A stretch of DNA of 64,000 bases from Podarcis vaucheri (Eukaryota), in assembly GCA_965113315.1 (NCBI GenBank), contig OZ220365.1. One strand, 5' to 3'. How positions within the stretch are numbered: position 1 is the stretch's first letter; every line of letters begins with the position of its first letter. A program made the position numbers and the translations under genes. Shown piece by piece: positions 47,364 through 60,519 of the stretch. The notes beneath the pieces were generated by a model that made no database searches, was not told the DNA's origin, and worked only from the letters and a program-made list of their open reading frames with translations.

Positions 47364-47915
47364 GAACTTCCTCCATTGTAGGCTCCAGGTTGTATATACG
47401 TTATGTGTAAATAAACCCGCTTAACATCATGAAAGGATGGAGCTCTGTTCAGGCACTGGCTGAGTTCACAATTCCCCCCGCATCGTGTGTTTTTTTGTGC
47501 ACGCACACGCACATCATAGTCAGGTCAAAAATTATGAAACCAGTATCATGATATGGACTTCAAACTGGTTTTGGGCAATATATTGCCCAGCCCTAGTGAC
47601 ATTACACCACCTGTAACCTCCCCCTCCCAACTCTGCTATATACCCTGAGCTTAGGAACAGGGTCAATCACTGGCCATTGTCTGGTAATTGCACCTTGATT
47701 GCACTTTTCCCCAGGGCAATTTCCTAATGTTGGGCATGTTCCCTTCAATACTTCAAATATTATCTAAATTTTACCATTTATTTATTTCTAACATTCACTA
47801 GCCCTAGCAGTTATGGGTACCCTTTTACTCCCAAATTCTGTTTACCCCAGATCTGTAACAGTATGTTTGAGGAAATTGTTTTAAACAAGTATATTTTCTT
47901 TACAGAATTTAAAAG

Positions 47916-49918
47916 ATGGATTTAGCCAACCATGGACTGATTCTTCTGCAGCAGCTCAATGCTCAACGGGAGTTTGGTTTCCTGTGTGACTGTACAGTTG
48001 CTATTGGTGATGTTTACTTCAAGGCACACAAATCTGTCCTTGCCTCTTTTTCCAACTATTTCAAGATGCTGTTTGTTCATCAAAGCAGGTACAGTAGTTA
48101 TAAAAGAATACACTTTAAAAATGGTATTTAGTTAAGGTAAAATAGTCTGAAGGAATTAGAAAGTGTTAAGGCAGCCTAATGTGAGTTGCTTTATAAATCA
48201 CAATAACTAAACATCCAGCTTCATCCACAAATCAATTAACCCAATTACAGTGCTAATCCTGTGGATTTCACTCCTAACTAGTTTGTGGATCAAGTTCATG
48301 AACTGCTGCCCTGAAGGTATATATTCTGGAATAAATTAGATCACATTTTGCAGATATATATATATATGTATATATTGCAGCAGTAGAAGTAATGCCTAAA
48401 CCATGATAACAGATTTATTTTATTTATATGAACATGTGTAGGATTGCATTCTTGTATACTTAAAATTGTGCACTTAGTTGTATACTTAATTACTGTAATC
48501 CTTCAGAAGCATTTTATCTTCCTCTTTAATACTGTTTTGAAATTTCTTTCAGTGAATGTGTCCGTTTGAAGGCAACTGACATACAGCCAGATATTTTCAG
48601 CTATCTGTTACATTTGATGTACACTGGAAAAATGGCACCTCAGCTCATCGATCCTGTTCGATTGGAGCAAGGAATAAAGTTTCTGCATGCGTTCCCGCTT
48701 ATTCAAGAGGCCAGCCTTGCCAGTCAAGGAAATTTTACACACCCGGAGCAGATTTTTCCATTGGCATCTTCATTATACGGTATTCAGATTGCAGATCACC
48801 AGGCAAGAAATTCCACAAAAGCAGCCGCCACAACTGACAAACCTGTTCGAGGACCAAGGCCACAGTCATCAAGAGCAAATCAAGAACAGATGCATGAAGC
48901 CACCCAACTGTCACAGATACCACCACCACCGCTGCCTCAAGTGCCCCCAACAAATATGTCCACTTCAGACTCATTACAGCCTCCATTGTCTCCTGAACTG
49001 GTTTCTACTGCTCCTCATCCTTCTCCTCCAGGTGATGAAAACAACATGGAAGCCTCCTCCTCAGATGATCAGCCTGCTTCTCTCACAATTGCGCACGTCA
49101 AGCCAAGCATTATGAAAAAGAACGGAAGCTTCCCCAAATACTACGCTTGTCACCTCTGCGGTCGGCGATTCAATTTGCGAAGTAGTTTGCGTGAGCATCT
49201 CCAGATTCACACAGGGGTGCCTTTCTCATCAAGCCAGCACGGGGAAAGTAGTGTTCCTTTATCTCTTTGTAATAATGCTCCTGAAAAAGATTCTATGGAA
49301 GTTGCTGAAGCTGGAATGATTAGCGATAGCGAGCTGCAGCAGATCTCGGATTCACCCATCATTGATGGACAACCGCAGTCTGAAACACCGCCACCCTCTG
49401 ACATTGCTGACATAGACAACTTGGAGCAAGCAGATCAAGAAAGGGAAGTTAAAAGGCGGAAGTACGAGTGTTCCATTTGTGGGCGCAAATTTATTCAGAA
49501 AAGCCACTGGAGGGAGCACATGTACATTCATACTGGCAAGCCTTTCAAGTGCAGCACCTGTGACAAAAGCTTCTGCCGGGCCAATCAAGCTGCTCGACAT
49601 GTATGTCTAAACCAAAGCATGGACACCTACACCATGGTGGACAAGCAGACTCTGGAGCTTTGTACTTTTGAGGAAGGCAACCAAATGGACAACATGTTGG
49701 TACAGACCAACAAACCCTATAAATGCAACTTGTGTGACAAAACGTTCTCCACGCCTAATGAAGTCGTCAAACATTCGTGCCAAAGTCAGAACTCTGTCTT
49801 TACTCTAGACGAGGATAGATCCATTTTGCTAGGTGGTGGGGATGCTGAAACCACAGAGAGTGACCATTCGGTCTTAGACTCTATCAAAAAAGAACAGGAA
49901 GCAGTGTTGTTAGACTGA
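47916..49918 (+). CDS. ZBTB2: ZBTB2 (BTB/POZ plus C2H2 zinc-finger transcription factor); 2 coding exons, 512 aa
   Basis: join(47916-48088,48553-49918) = 1539 nt. BTB start [26 protein letters not shown]; fingers [30 protein letters not shown] and [10 protein letters not shown]; ends [11 protein letters not shown]. Confidence 0.96.
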
Positions 49919-51543
49919 CTGTGAGGCTCATATCATTATTATTTTTTAAGAAAACAGTTTGTCTTACTCATTTTTACTAAACCAATCCTCCTCCCCTCCC
50001 CACAACCATAACTACACTGACATGGAAGGAAGTCTGGCTCTGTTCCTTTTTCCAGCAAAAGTATAAAATTAATAAAGGGTGTTGTATCACATTATAACAA
50101 TTGATTTTAACCAAGAAGAAAATGTATAAGGGTAACTCAGCTAACTATGTGAATAATGCTAAAATGCATCTGTAACATACTCTAAGCGAGTTCTAAGACT
50201 GTTTCTATATATATATACTTGAATGCAGTGAGATGCAATGTGAGAAGAAGACAGAAAGGAAACTAAACATGTTCATTAAACTACAATATTTTCTCTCAAC
50301 AAATAGCATTTTGAGGGAATACTGAAGATACAAAATTCTCACGGTTACACACCTATAAGCTGTGTAAAGTTGTCATTTTACAAAAGCTTGGAAATTCCCT
50401 TAATGAACCAAGAACACTATTTTAATCCACATGATTATTGTCAAGTGTTTGTTTCCAGGTAACTTCATTGACATTATGTCCATTAAAAATGTATTATTAA
50501 GGCTTGACTCCAAGCGCAGTGACTTGGTAGTCAACCCCACTAACTGCAGTGGGACTTAAAACTTCCAGATAAATGTGTTTAGGACCAGATTTTGCTAAAA
50601 TAGCAGTAATAATGTGATGGCAATCGTTTTATATGCATAAAAATGTATGTATGTGTGTGTGTGTGTACTTCAGGTAAATGCAGGTAAAATGTGTGCATGC
50701 ACCCTTTCCAAACTGGCCACTGCTTGTAACCTCTCACAAATTGGTCCTTTTTAAAAGCATATTTACATTTGAATTGGTACAGGGTGTATGCATTTTTTTT
50801 ATCCTGCTGACTAGTAATTGATAATGATGAACAGTGCTATCACCCAAAATGTGAAGGAAATCAGAGATTAGAAGAATTGTACATAGTGAGCCCTGTGCTA
50901 AATGTGGGAATAATAGATTTGAGCCTTTATAGTGTAACTGAAAAAGGAAAAACATTGTGGCTTTTTTATTTTATCAAAGCAGCAATCTGAGTTTATGTGA
51001 TTAACATGTAGGAATTAAGGGAAAGGAAATCTGGTCTTAAATAATATTTAGCTACTGGCATCCTCTTGTAACATAGCAAATGGTATAATGATGAAACTGT
51101 ATCATGGTTGGTTTTTAAGTAACAGTGCAACATTGAGTGGAAAGCTATATATTCTTTATGTTCCTTCAATTTGGGCACCAGTCAAAGTGCAAAAAGGAAT
51201 AAAGGGGACGCAGTGTACATTCAAGTTTCTGCTCTGGATAGTACCGTATGCAAATTTAAAATCAAGTTGCTGATTTTTATCTTTTTAATATATAAATATA
51301 ATAATATTCTCCAATAGTATAAATAACCAGAGAGGAGGGAGTCCATTGAAAGGTCAATTGTCCTGGTGGGAAAGTTTCAAGAAACAGAGGCATTCCACCA
51401 GAAATGGGGGCAGTGTGTGTTTTGATGGGGGAGAGAGAGGCAGATACAAATCTGCTTTTGTATACATGTTTTATTTGAGTATCATCCTATTTTGTGTCTA
51501 GTTATGTTTTCCAGTTTGTAAGTTTTTATACATTATTTTATGG

Positions 51544-51549
51544 AATAAA
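51544..51549 (+). terminator. Candidate poly(A) signal of ZBTB2
   Basis: AATAAA at the end of an AU-rich 1.6 kb 3' UTR-like stretch, followed by a U/GU-rich tract. Confidence 0.55.
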
Positions 51550-52916
51550 AAAGGTATAAAACAAAATTTGATTTTTGTCAAGTCAAAGGTGATTGAATGT
51601 GAGCTGATCATACGTACATGCTGTGCAGATCTTAGAAATGAACTCAACATGCAGCACAAGGCTGTTTGGGGGCCAAAGCAGCAGGAACAACTGATGTGGG
51701 AAATGTGTGTGTTTGCGAGGGGAAAGTCTATGCAGTTTGTGATCATGGGCCTCTTATGTCCCCAAATTACTGCACTGCACAGCCACTCTGGAAAGGGACA
51801 CACAGAATGTAACTGTTCTGTCATGGGCCTATGCTTGCATCAGATCAAGCATGTGAAGGGATAGAATCAAACTATAAGGCTTTCTCTTTAAAAAATTGAA
51901 GGACTAGAGGTAAGCATGTTCTTAGATATCAGATTTCATGACTGCAGCTCAGAGTCCACAAAGAAAAAAATGTAGTCGCCATGTTTAAACAAAGTTCCTG
52001 ATCCAAGAAGCTGCATGTGAAGACCTATACACAGAGTGTGTCCCCACTGTTCCTACCCTTTACTCCATTATCATTTGCTTGGACCCCAGAAATTTAAAAA
52101 GCACACTGCCTCACACTCGTGACAGAGCCCCACTCCAGAAAATGTCAAAGCGCTGTGTGTGCGCTATACCAATTCAGACTACAAGCACATGTGTTGCATG
52201 TTTAAACCAAGCTCCCTTTAGGTACAACAGGGAATAAGGGGCTAGTTGAGCCCCTTCCTTGCTGTGCTATTTATAGGAAATTTACAAAGTGGCGCAATAA
52301 AATACATGTTTTGCCACCTGCAATTTCAAGTGGTATAGGTTGGCTGTCCACCGTAAGGGGCTACTCAGATCCACACAGCCTCACTGAAGTCAGTGGCACA
52401 AATTACTTGCTGCCTATTAAATTCTAGGCTCCATTTAATTTATGAAGTGCTGGTATTAACCTTCACAGCTCTATAAAGAGTTTGGGGCCTGGCTACTTAG
52501 AAAGATCACCTGTACCTCTAGGCACCTAACCTTTTAAATCAGCTCTGGTTCACTGGTGAAAGAAGTTAAGTTGGTACCATGATGGCTATATATCTGGAAT
52601 GCCTTCCACAGGCTAATTTGAAACCCCCCCCCCTTTTGATGCACTCTAAAAGATTGACTATTAAGCCTATTAAAAAAACCCTCAAAGAAGTCCCACTGCT
52701 TTCAAAGGGTCTTACACCTAAATATATGCAAATGATTGCTATCTAAGGGTTAAATTCAGTGAAAAGCCATGGAAAGGTACTTGTAGACTTCCCCAACTCC
52801 CCCTTTTCCCTCCCCAAACCTGTTGGCAGTTCAAGGCACTTGGTGAATGGGGTGGCTTGTGGCACAGTGAAGCTTGTGGAGGCGGTGAGATCTAAAAATC
52901 AAATGGGTAAGAGTTT

Positions 52917-53157
52917 GAAGAGAAGAGTTTGGATTTTATATCCCGCTTTATCACTACCTGAAGAAGTCTCAAAGCGGCTAACATTCTCCTTTCCCTTCCT
53001 CCCCCACAACAAACACTCTGTGAGGTGAGTGGGGCTGAGAGACTTCAGAGAAGTGTGACTGGCCCAAGGTCACCCAGCAGCTGCATGTGGAGGAGCGGGG
53101 ACGCGAACCCGGTTCCCCAGATTACGAGTCTATCGCTCTTAACCACTACACCACACT
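52917..53157 (-). mobile_element. tRNA-derived SINE with MIR-like core (Squam3-like)
   Basis: Reverse complement reads agtgtggtgtagtggttaagagcg...ccgggttcgcgtccccg (A/B boxes), gggtgaccttgggccagtcac core and a ctcttctcttc tail. Confidence 0.85.
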
Positions 53158-56100
53158 TTTGATTTTTGAAAAAACATCATTTTTGAAAAGGAGACACTTT
53201 TGGGGGGTGGATTGGGATCAGGGACTGACCACATTCTCAATTTTTCTCTAAATTCAACCCGAAATCACCATTTTAGCTGGATTGGGTCAGTGTACCTTTA
53301 GGTTCAGTGATCTGATTATTCTAATTGTAATGTAATTGCCCTTTTGGCATGTTCATAAAGCTTGCAGAGATTGTACCGAGCATCTCTTGTCAAGGCTATC
53401 GAGTTGAAATAGCAGGGTTATGAGATACCCCATCACACTGTTTCTATTGCAAAAGATGTCAGCATGCATAAGGGCAGGATCATGGGCATGCCAAATCCAA
53501 TTCTTCGTTTATTCTGCATTAATCTAATCTCATTTAATATTTGCTTTGTACTAGTAGGCAGTGAGGACTTGGGTCTCCAAAATCCTTTAGGAATGACAAG
53601 CTATTTTAATGACAGTGGATTAAAGGGGAGGAACTAAACTGCATAGAGTGCAAATGTTATTGGGACAGATATTATAAAGACAATGCTAATGCAAAACAGA
53701 AATGTTTCCATTTCTAGATGTTCACATTCTAAGCTGCTGCACTGTCCAGAAATGTGGATGGGTTACAACTGCTACACCATGGCACAATTAGCGCAAACAC
53801 ACCAGATGCTCTTCTGCAAGTCTTCAGAATTGCTGAACATGCTCCATTAGTAGCAATTTTCATAAATGAAACAACTGCACAGAATCTTACTGTAGCTGCA
53901 TTAGTGCGGATCATATGGTGGATTGCTTTAACAACGCTTGCTGCCAGTGTATATTTAGCAAGGGTTATTTGCAACAATATGAATTCTTTCTATGTAATAA
54001 AAATGCAGATAATTACCTGACCCTAAATATATGTACATAAAAGCATGTTCCACTGAGAATTTCAGAGTAACTGTTTACGATTGCAAAAAGCAAGCTATAC
54101 TAAAACCCCACAACCACAATTTAGTCTTAAACCAAAAGGTTTTGGTATTTCCAAGATGCCCAGGCTGCAATTTGGCATTTAAAGCAGTAGGGAATCCCAT
54201 AGCTTTATGTGCACCTGAAAATGCTTCTGCAAGTGGTCCTTGTCACAAGCCAAAGCCTGATTTTCCCTTACCCAGTTGGTGCATTCCACCATTTCTTGGG
54301 ATCAATGGAGTAATGGTGTTATTTCATGGGCCCCTCAGCTTTCAGGAAAAGATGAATGCTAGTTCCCTGCCTAGAAGTTCTCAAAGTTGCTCTTCTCAGG
54401 TACAAATCCCATCAGTGTGATGACAAAGAGACTACAAAGAACAGCAATTATAAGAATGACAAAGGACACAGTGAGCATGAATTGTGTTTGTATTTTATTT
54501 AGTCCATGAAAATCTACCTTAAAAACAACATATAAAATCAAAGTATCGGTTAATCCAATACACTGGATTAAGAAGAAACTGCAAAAGCTTGGAGTTGTGG
54601 CACAAGCTAAAAGTTTGCAGCCTCGTCTTGAGTATTTCTGAGGCCAAAGCAATACACTGTAACAAAGCAGTATCTGTGTATGGAGACATGCTCCCTGCAC
54701 CATGGAAAAAAATCTACTGGTGCTTTTGGTTTTTGGAGACGGGTCAGTTAAAAGCAGAAATATTGGTAATGTGATTTGTGTTCTTTGCATTGCTTAGAAA
54801 GGCCCTAGATCAGTATTTTTTTTAAAAAAAAACAAGCAAGAACTAAGCGCTTGTTCCCCAACTTCTAGCCAGGTAATTTACATTGTGATTACTAGGTTTT
54901 ATTTAAATGTTTAGATATCTTTACATATTTATTAACAGCCTCAGAGCTATAAAGATTAGAACCAGGATAACATAGGCCATGCCATTGTTTTATTATTATT
55001 ATTTAGCTTGTTGCAGCTACTGCAATATGGCTTTCCATACACACGTTACATTTCACAGCGGGTTTTCCATTTGCTTAGCACTGTAAAACAGGGCTGTGAA
55101 ATTCACAGGCCATGTTTTGTGGCCTGTCGGGTGTGAGATAAACTTATTTCGAGGTCCCCTTCGGCTATGAAAGGTTCATCAGGCATCAACTAAACCCATG
55201 ACTGGTAGGCCACATGAAGTTCAGGGACAATGACTTTGACAGACTTGTTGTAAAGCACGCAATGAAAGTGATCAAAATAGCATTTGGCAATCAGAACAAA
55301 CTTTCTAATTCATACTCTAACTGGGGAAGCTGCCACTAAGGTGGGGGAGAACCAAAGATTCCCCCAAATAATTTTGGAACACACCATGTTACTGAATGTT
55401 TTACACATTTGTACACATTGTAGACACACACATGGAATACATCTAACTGATCCACAAACAAGCGCCTACCTGTATTTCTTTTTTTTCTTCTTCTTGGAGG
55501 CCATTGAGCTTTAACCTTCAATACTTTTTAAAGTTTCCATTTTGCACTGAATAAACTAAACTTTCTTACAAATTCATTCATATCAAGAAGTTCATATCTT
55601 ATCACACTAAGTCCAGAGAGATGCACGTGCTAACTTGTGTTCATACATACACCACCTACTTTTCAGGGAGACAGACTGATGCGGTGCTATTCACTAGCTC
55701 ACTGTTTTGCTTAGTGAAGAGGCTTCATGGACTAGCACCCACTAGGAGTGAAAGGGTTACTGGTTTTGATTATTCTCTCCTACCCTGTCTTACAAAGGTA
55801 AGACACATTTATCCCAAACTTGATCCAAACTGAACAAGCAAACTGCTCACAAAAGTGGCGTGATTGGGGGTGGGGGGAGGCCATCATTTTGGAGAAAAGT
55901 TAGCAGATACATGGAGAGTCTTCAGTTGATGGGCCTAGGGAGGTGGGTTGGGAGAGAATACCTTGCCACTGTTACACCGTGTGTACTAGCTGCAATCAAG
56001 AGACAGAGATGGAGGAGGCTTACTAGCAAGCAGCTGCCATCTGTTCTGGCAGCACTGCTCAATAGCTGCCATTAAAGAGATGGGGGAACCCACCCACCGC

Positions 56101-56539
56101 AATTTACTATTCAGTACTTCCTGGCCCAACTCATGGGCTAATTTGAAAGCTAAACAATTATCCAGGCTGCCAGTTTGGCAACTCTGTAATCCAAAAGGGT
56201 TCAATGATTATACCAAAATGATGTTATTATTTCTTGCACAGTGACACCAGTGGATCTTCGTCAGAGAAGGCAGTAATTGAAACTGAAAGAACGGCTGTAG
56301 ATAACGTACATGTTTAAATAATGGCCACTCACCTTTCTTATCCACCTAGCTATTTAAAATTATTTCAGAGTTATATTTTGAAACAAACTGATGTATTAGT
56401 GTTTCACTTTTCTGATGTTCAAAGAAACCCTGTTGTCTTTATACCTTTTAAGAGGGTTTATAAAAAGCATTGTTCCATTTTTAATTTTCATAAATCAGCT
56501 ACTTCATTGCAGAACTGCAAATTTTGCCAATACACTGAG

Positions 56540-58350
56540 AAAATTGCATATTATTATTTTGCATTTTATTAGCAGAGCTGTTCCAGGTAAGTTAGATGAA
56601 TTTTAAAAAAACTCACAACTTTCCATATTCTATTTGAAGGCAGTATTGTTAGCTAAAAGTATTTCTAAGCTACATTATGCATACAGCAACCACTAGATGG
56701 TACTATTAGACCAGTGACATTTTTCTTTCTTTACTCACTGTGCAGCTCCCCAAAGGTCTTATTTGGCTCACTTAGATAATTTCCAAATAAATTACTATAC
56801 ATGTAGGACAATGAAGCTGCTGAGCCATGCAAGACACAGCTGAGACAGGTACGAAGGCTACAAAGTGCAATATAACTTGACCTGCTAGACATGTTTGGTG
56901 TCTAGAAGATCAAACACTAGATGCTTTGAATATTTTAATTATCTTTCAATTATTTAGCATTTCAAGCCTGCCCAGTTTTATGCACAACCTATACTGACCA
57001 GTACTAAACTCTGCAATTCTCCATTAACAAAACAGAAGAGTGACTCCTGCTCAATGTTTCCTAAATTCTGGGGCTTTTAAAATTATTAATTAAGAGCTCA
57101 GTATAAGCCAAATTTTTGTTTAAATCACTTTTCAGAAATCAGAGTTTTCTAAATGTACACAAGCATAATGAAATATACTTTCCTACTGAGGGGACACACA
57201 TATAGAGCAAACATAATCCTTTACTCATCAAAAACCTTTTGAAAATAAATTGTCTTACTTCATGACATGGATGTTCCAAAAACAGGAGAGCATTAAATGC
57301 TACGCTAAAAATTGAACCATCTTTATTTTTCTTGATAGCTTCAAACCAGTTCAGCATTTGCCTAAAGTTATGATGGTATGACAGTTTCTTAAATGGACTA
57401 AGGGAAGGCCGAAGAAACATTGATGGGGCTATTTATTTGTCTGGCTTCTAAAGACTTTCCACTTTCCCTTAGAATTAAACTGTACTCAGATAAATGTGAA
57501 AGTCAGTGCAGACTTAGGAAGGCTTAAGTACACTGAAATCTTTCTTTTAAAGTACACCTAACTCTCCATTTGAATGTAACTGACATATTTTCAACACACA
57601 ATGCCATAGTGCCATGCTTATAAAAGGTGATGGAAAATAAAGTCCTGTTTAGTAAACCAGTAACACAACTATTCCAAAGCAAAACTATGCCTTTTGAGTA
57701 TGACTTGTACCAAATCAAGACCCAATACAACATTAAACATGGTTCTCACACCATTCTACACCATGGAAAGCCAATGCAAATGTATTCTGATCTATCTGTG
57801 GCCAACTGTAGCTCACTCACAATTCTTCCCTATTGGTCACATATATTGTTTCTTTACTGGGTGAGACAAGTGAGATCATTTTCTTTCATTCTCTTTCTTT
57901 CTTTTTCTTTCCACATATAAAGAGGAGGAAATATACATTAAAATTGGATTTTGCTTGAAGATATACACATAAATACACAAAGAATTACAATCCAGTTTTG
58001 GAAGCACTGATAAAATGGGGAGCTTAAAAGATGCCAACTTCCTTCCCAGGTTAAGGTATGGACGTCATTTCAGCAAAAGTTAACACTTTCTGCCCCCCAC
58101 TCCAACTCATCAGCAAAAAAATATAAAAGAATATTGTGAAGAGCAAGTGTTGACAATCAATAGTAAAAGACGACGGTTCAAGCTCCTGATGGTATCTCAG
58201 GATTGTCAGGTATATTTCTCAGAATGACATCAGACATCTGTTCTCTGTTCCAAATCAGTGACCTCCAACCCAGTTAAACAGAATCCATTATCTTCTGCTG
58301 CTGCTTCAGGAACTGGTCCGTCCAAATATAAAGACACAACTTTTCCAGAA
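56540..58350 (-). other. AKAP12: AKAP12 terminal non-coding exon (3' UTR); 3' end uncertain
   Basis: Donor gtaagt at 60511, 8 nt after the stop codon. Strong acceptor tttttctttacttctgtttccacag| at 58351. Minus-strand AATAAA candidates at 57322-57327, 56565-56570 and 54928-54933. Confidence 0.65.
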
Positions 58351-58701
58351 CTGTGGAAACAGAAGTAAAGAAAAATCAACAAAATCTTGCAGCCCGAGCC
58401 TTTTATCCAGAGAGATGGCAGTACCATCATATTATAATAGATTTTTTCTATGCACACCATGAACCAAAACTAGATGCCACATCAATGGAAGCAGTCAGTA
58501 GTTAAGCATGATGCTGCTATGCAGCGGCTGGCAACAGTGGCACTATGTGGGAAACTGCCCAGGCTGGAGATGACTCAGTCATAAGCCCTTAAAGGCAGGA
58601 CAGACTAACCCTTCACCAACCTAAGGTAGCATTAAAAAGGGGCTAACGGTGTGTTTTTCAGCTTGGAAAAGTTAGCAAAATCTCATGACATAAGCAGCGT
58701 A

Positions 58702-58910
58702 CAATGGTACCTCAGGTTACATACACTTCAGGTTACAGACTACGCTAACCCAGAAATAGTACCTTGGGTTAAGAATGTTGCTTCAGGATGAGAACAGAAA
58801 TCGTGCTCCAGCAGCGCAGTAGCAGCAGGAGGCCCCATCAGCTAAAGTGGTGCTTCAGGTTAAGAACGGACCTCTGGAATGAATTAAGTACTTAACCCAA
58901 GGTACCACTG
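58702..58910. mobile_element. Tc1/mariner MITE (24407 family)
   Basis: TA|caatggtacctcaggtta...taacccaaggtaccactg|TA. Confidence 0.85.
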
Positions 58911-58946
58911 TAATTTATTCCTGCCTCCAGCACCCAGCTATAAGGC

Positions 58947-59082
58947 CAGGCTTCCTCATACTCGGCCCTCCAGATGTTTTGAGACGACAATCCCCATCAT
59001 CCCTGATTACTGGTCCTGCTAGCTAGGGATCATGGGAGTTGCAGGCCAAAAACATCTGGAGGGCTGAGTTTGAGGAAGCCTG
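58947..59082. mobile_element. Palindromic hAT MITE
   Basis: TIRs caggcttcctca / tgaggaagcctg, perfect 8-bp TSD tataaggc. Confidence 0.9.
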
Positions 59083-60519
59083 TATAAGGCTGAATTGTTA
59101 ACTTTCCCTTGCCAGAAAAAAGGAGAATGCAGTGGTGCAAAGGTGGGAAACCTGTGGCCATCCAAATGTCGGACTACTGTACAACCCTTACTTGGTATTT
59201 CACCATGCTGGCTGAAACTGAAGGAACTGAACTCCAATAACCACTGGACAACCACAGGTTCATCTTCCCTGCAGTAGTCGGTAAGCAAAAGAAGCAGGCA
59301 AGCAGTGATTAGCTTTAATCGGTGTTTCGATTTGTCCGATAGTTTGCTTGTGATAGGTATGCTCTAAGCACAGCTGAGGAATATGCGGTTGACTCCTCTT
59401 TTTACATTAAGAAACCTATTGGAAGGTAGCCAGGAACAGCCTTGGCTGCTATCTTACTAGATCTGATTATTGTGCTAGAGAGGACGTGGTATGGCTGCAG
59501 GAACAGCCTGAAGATGCTGACTCAGCTCCCACCTGCATATAAGGCAATATGTGGGATGGCGGAGGAGAGGCAAGCCCACACAGCAGCAAATACAGGCCCA
59601 GCCACAGCAGATAAGATTTAAGGTGGGGGCAGCTAAAACAGCATTGCGAGTGGAGCAACTACATGGTGCTGGTCACTGGATATATCCTAGGGCGAGGGAA
59701 AAGTGTATATAAAAAAAGCTTGGGTAGCGATTAAACCTGTACAGTTAAGCCTCACAGGAACCTTATGGTAAGAAGAGTTTCAGACCACCTTAATAAAGGG
59801 GTAAGAGACTCAAGTTGCTTCTACAAACCCGAGTAAAATTGGGGCTCTGAATATATCCTGTTAACCTGCTGCATCATTCGGGGGGGGGGGGAACAGACTA
59901 GGACAATGCCATAAAGCCATCTGTTGTAATTACAGAAATGAACATTTCCTGTTCAGCCACAGCTGTATATGGCTTTAAGTTGTGTGAAGGCCTCCTCCTC
60001 TAGGTTTCACTGTTCTTTTAAAGAACATCCTTTGAAAGTGATGGCAAAATAATGGATCTTCGCAGGCTTAGTTCACACATAGTTCTAGGCCAAAAAAATG
60101 GGTTAGTATGAGCAAGCAAGCATGCTGGTGCACATTTAGAAAACCAGTTGTTTTGCTCCCATCGTGCCATTAGGCGCTAACCAGGCCATATGAAGGCAAG
60201 CATATGCACGAGGAGTCAAGCTTTGTCCCATAAACAGTCTGCATTTTACCTGGAACTTGTTACCTGGAACAAAGTTAAATTCTGAAGTTCAATTGAATGC
60301 AAAAGACAGCTTAAGAGATATTTCTTAAAAAATACTAAATACTAAGTACAGTCTCTCAAACAAGAAACTGAAAACCTGTTCTAAGCCATTTGACAATGAA
60401 ATATTTGACCACAATTTGTAGTTCTGATAGCAAGTTATCTAGCTCAGTTATCTAGCTTAAAAAGCCACTGAAAATAGTTAATTATTCTGAATTTAAATAG
60501 TAGATACTTACATTAAACC

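Noticed and set aside
47288-47512. Poly-Q / poly-S ORFs
   Set aside because: Produced by an intronic (GCT)11 microsatellite; no exon support.
53085-53157. tRNA gene (also at about 2285-2305 and 47040-47110)
   Set aside because: The A/B boxes are SINE heads that continue into SINE bodies and tails; no complete cloverleaf.
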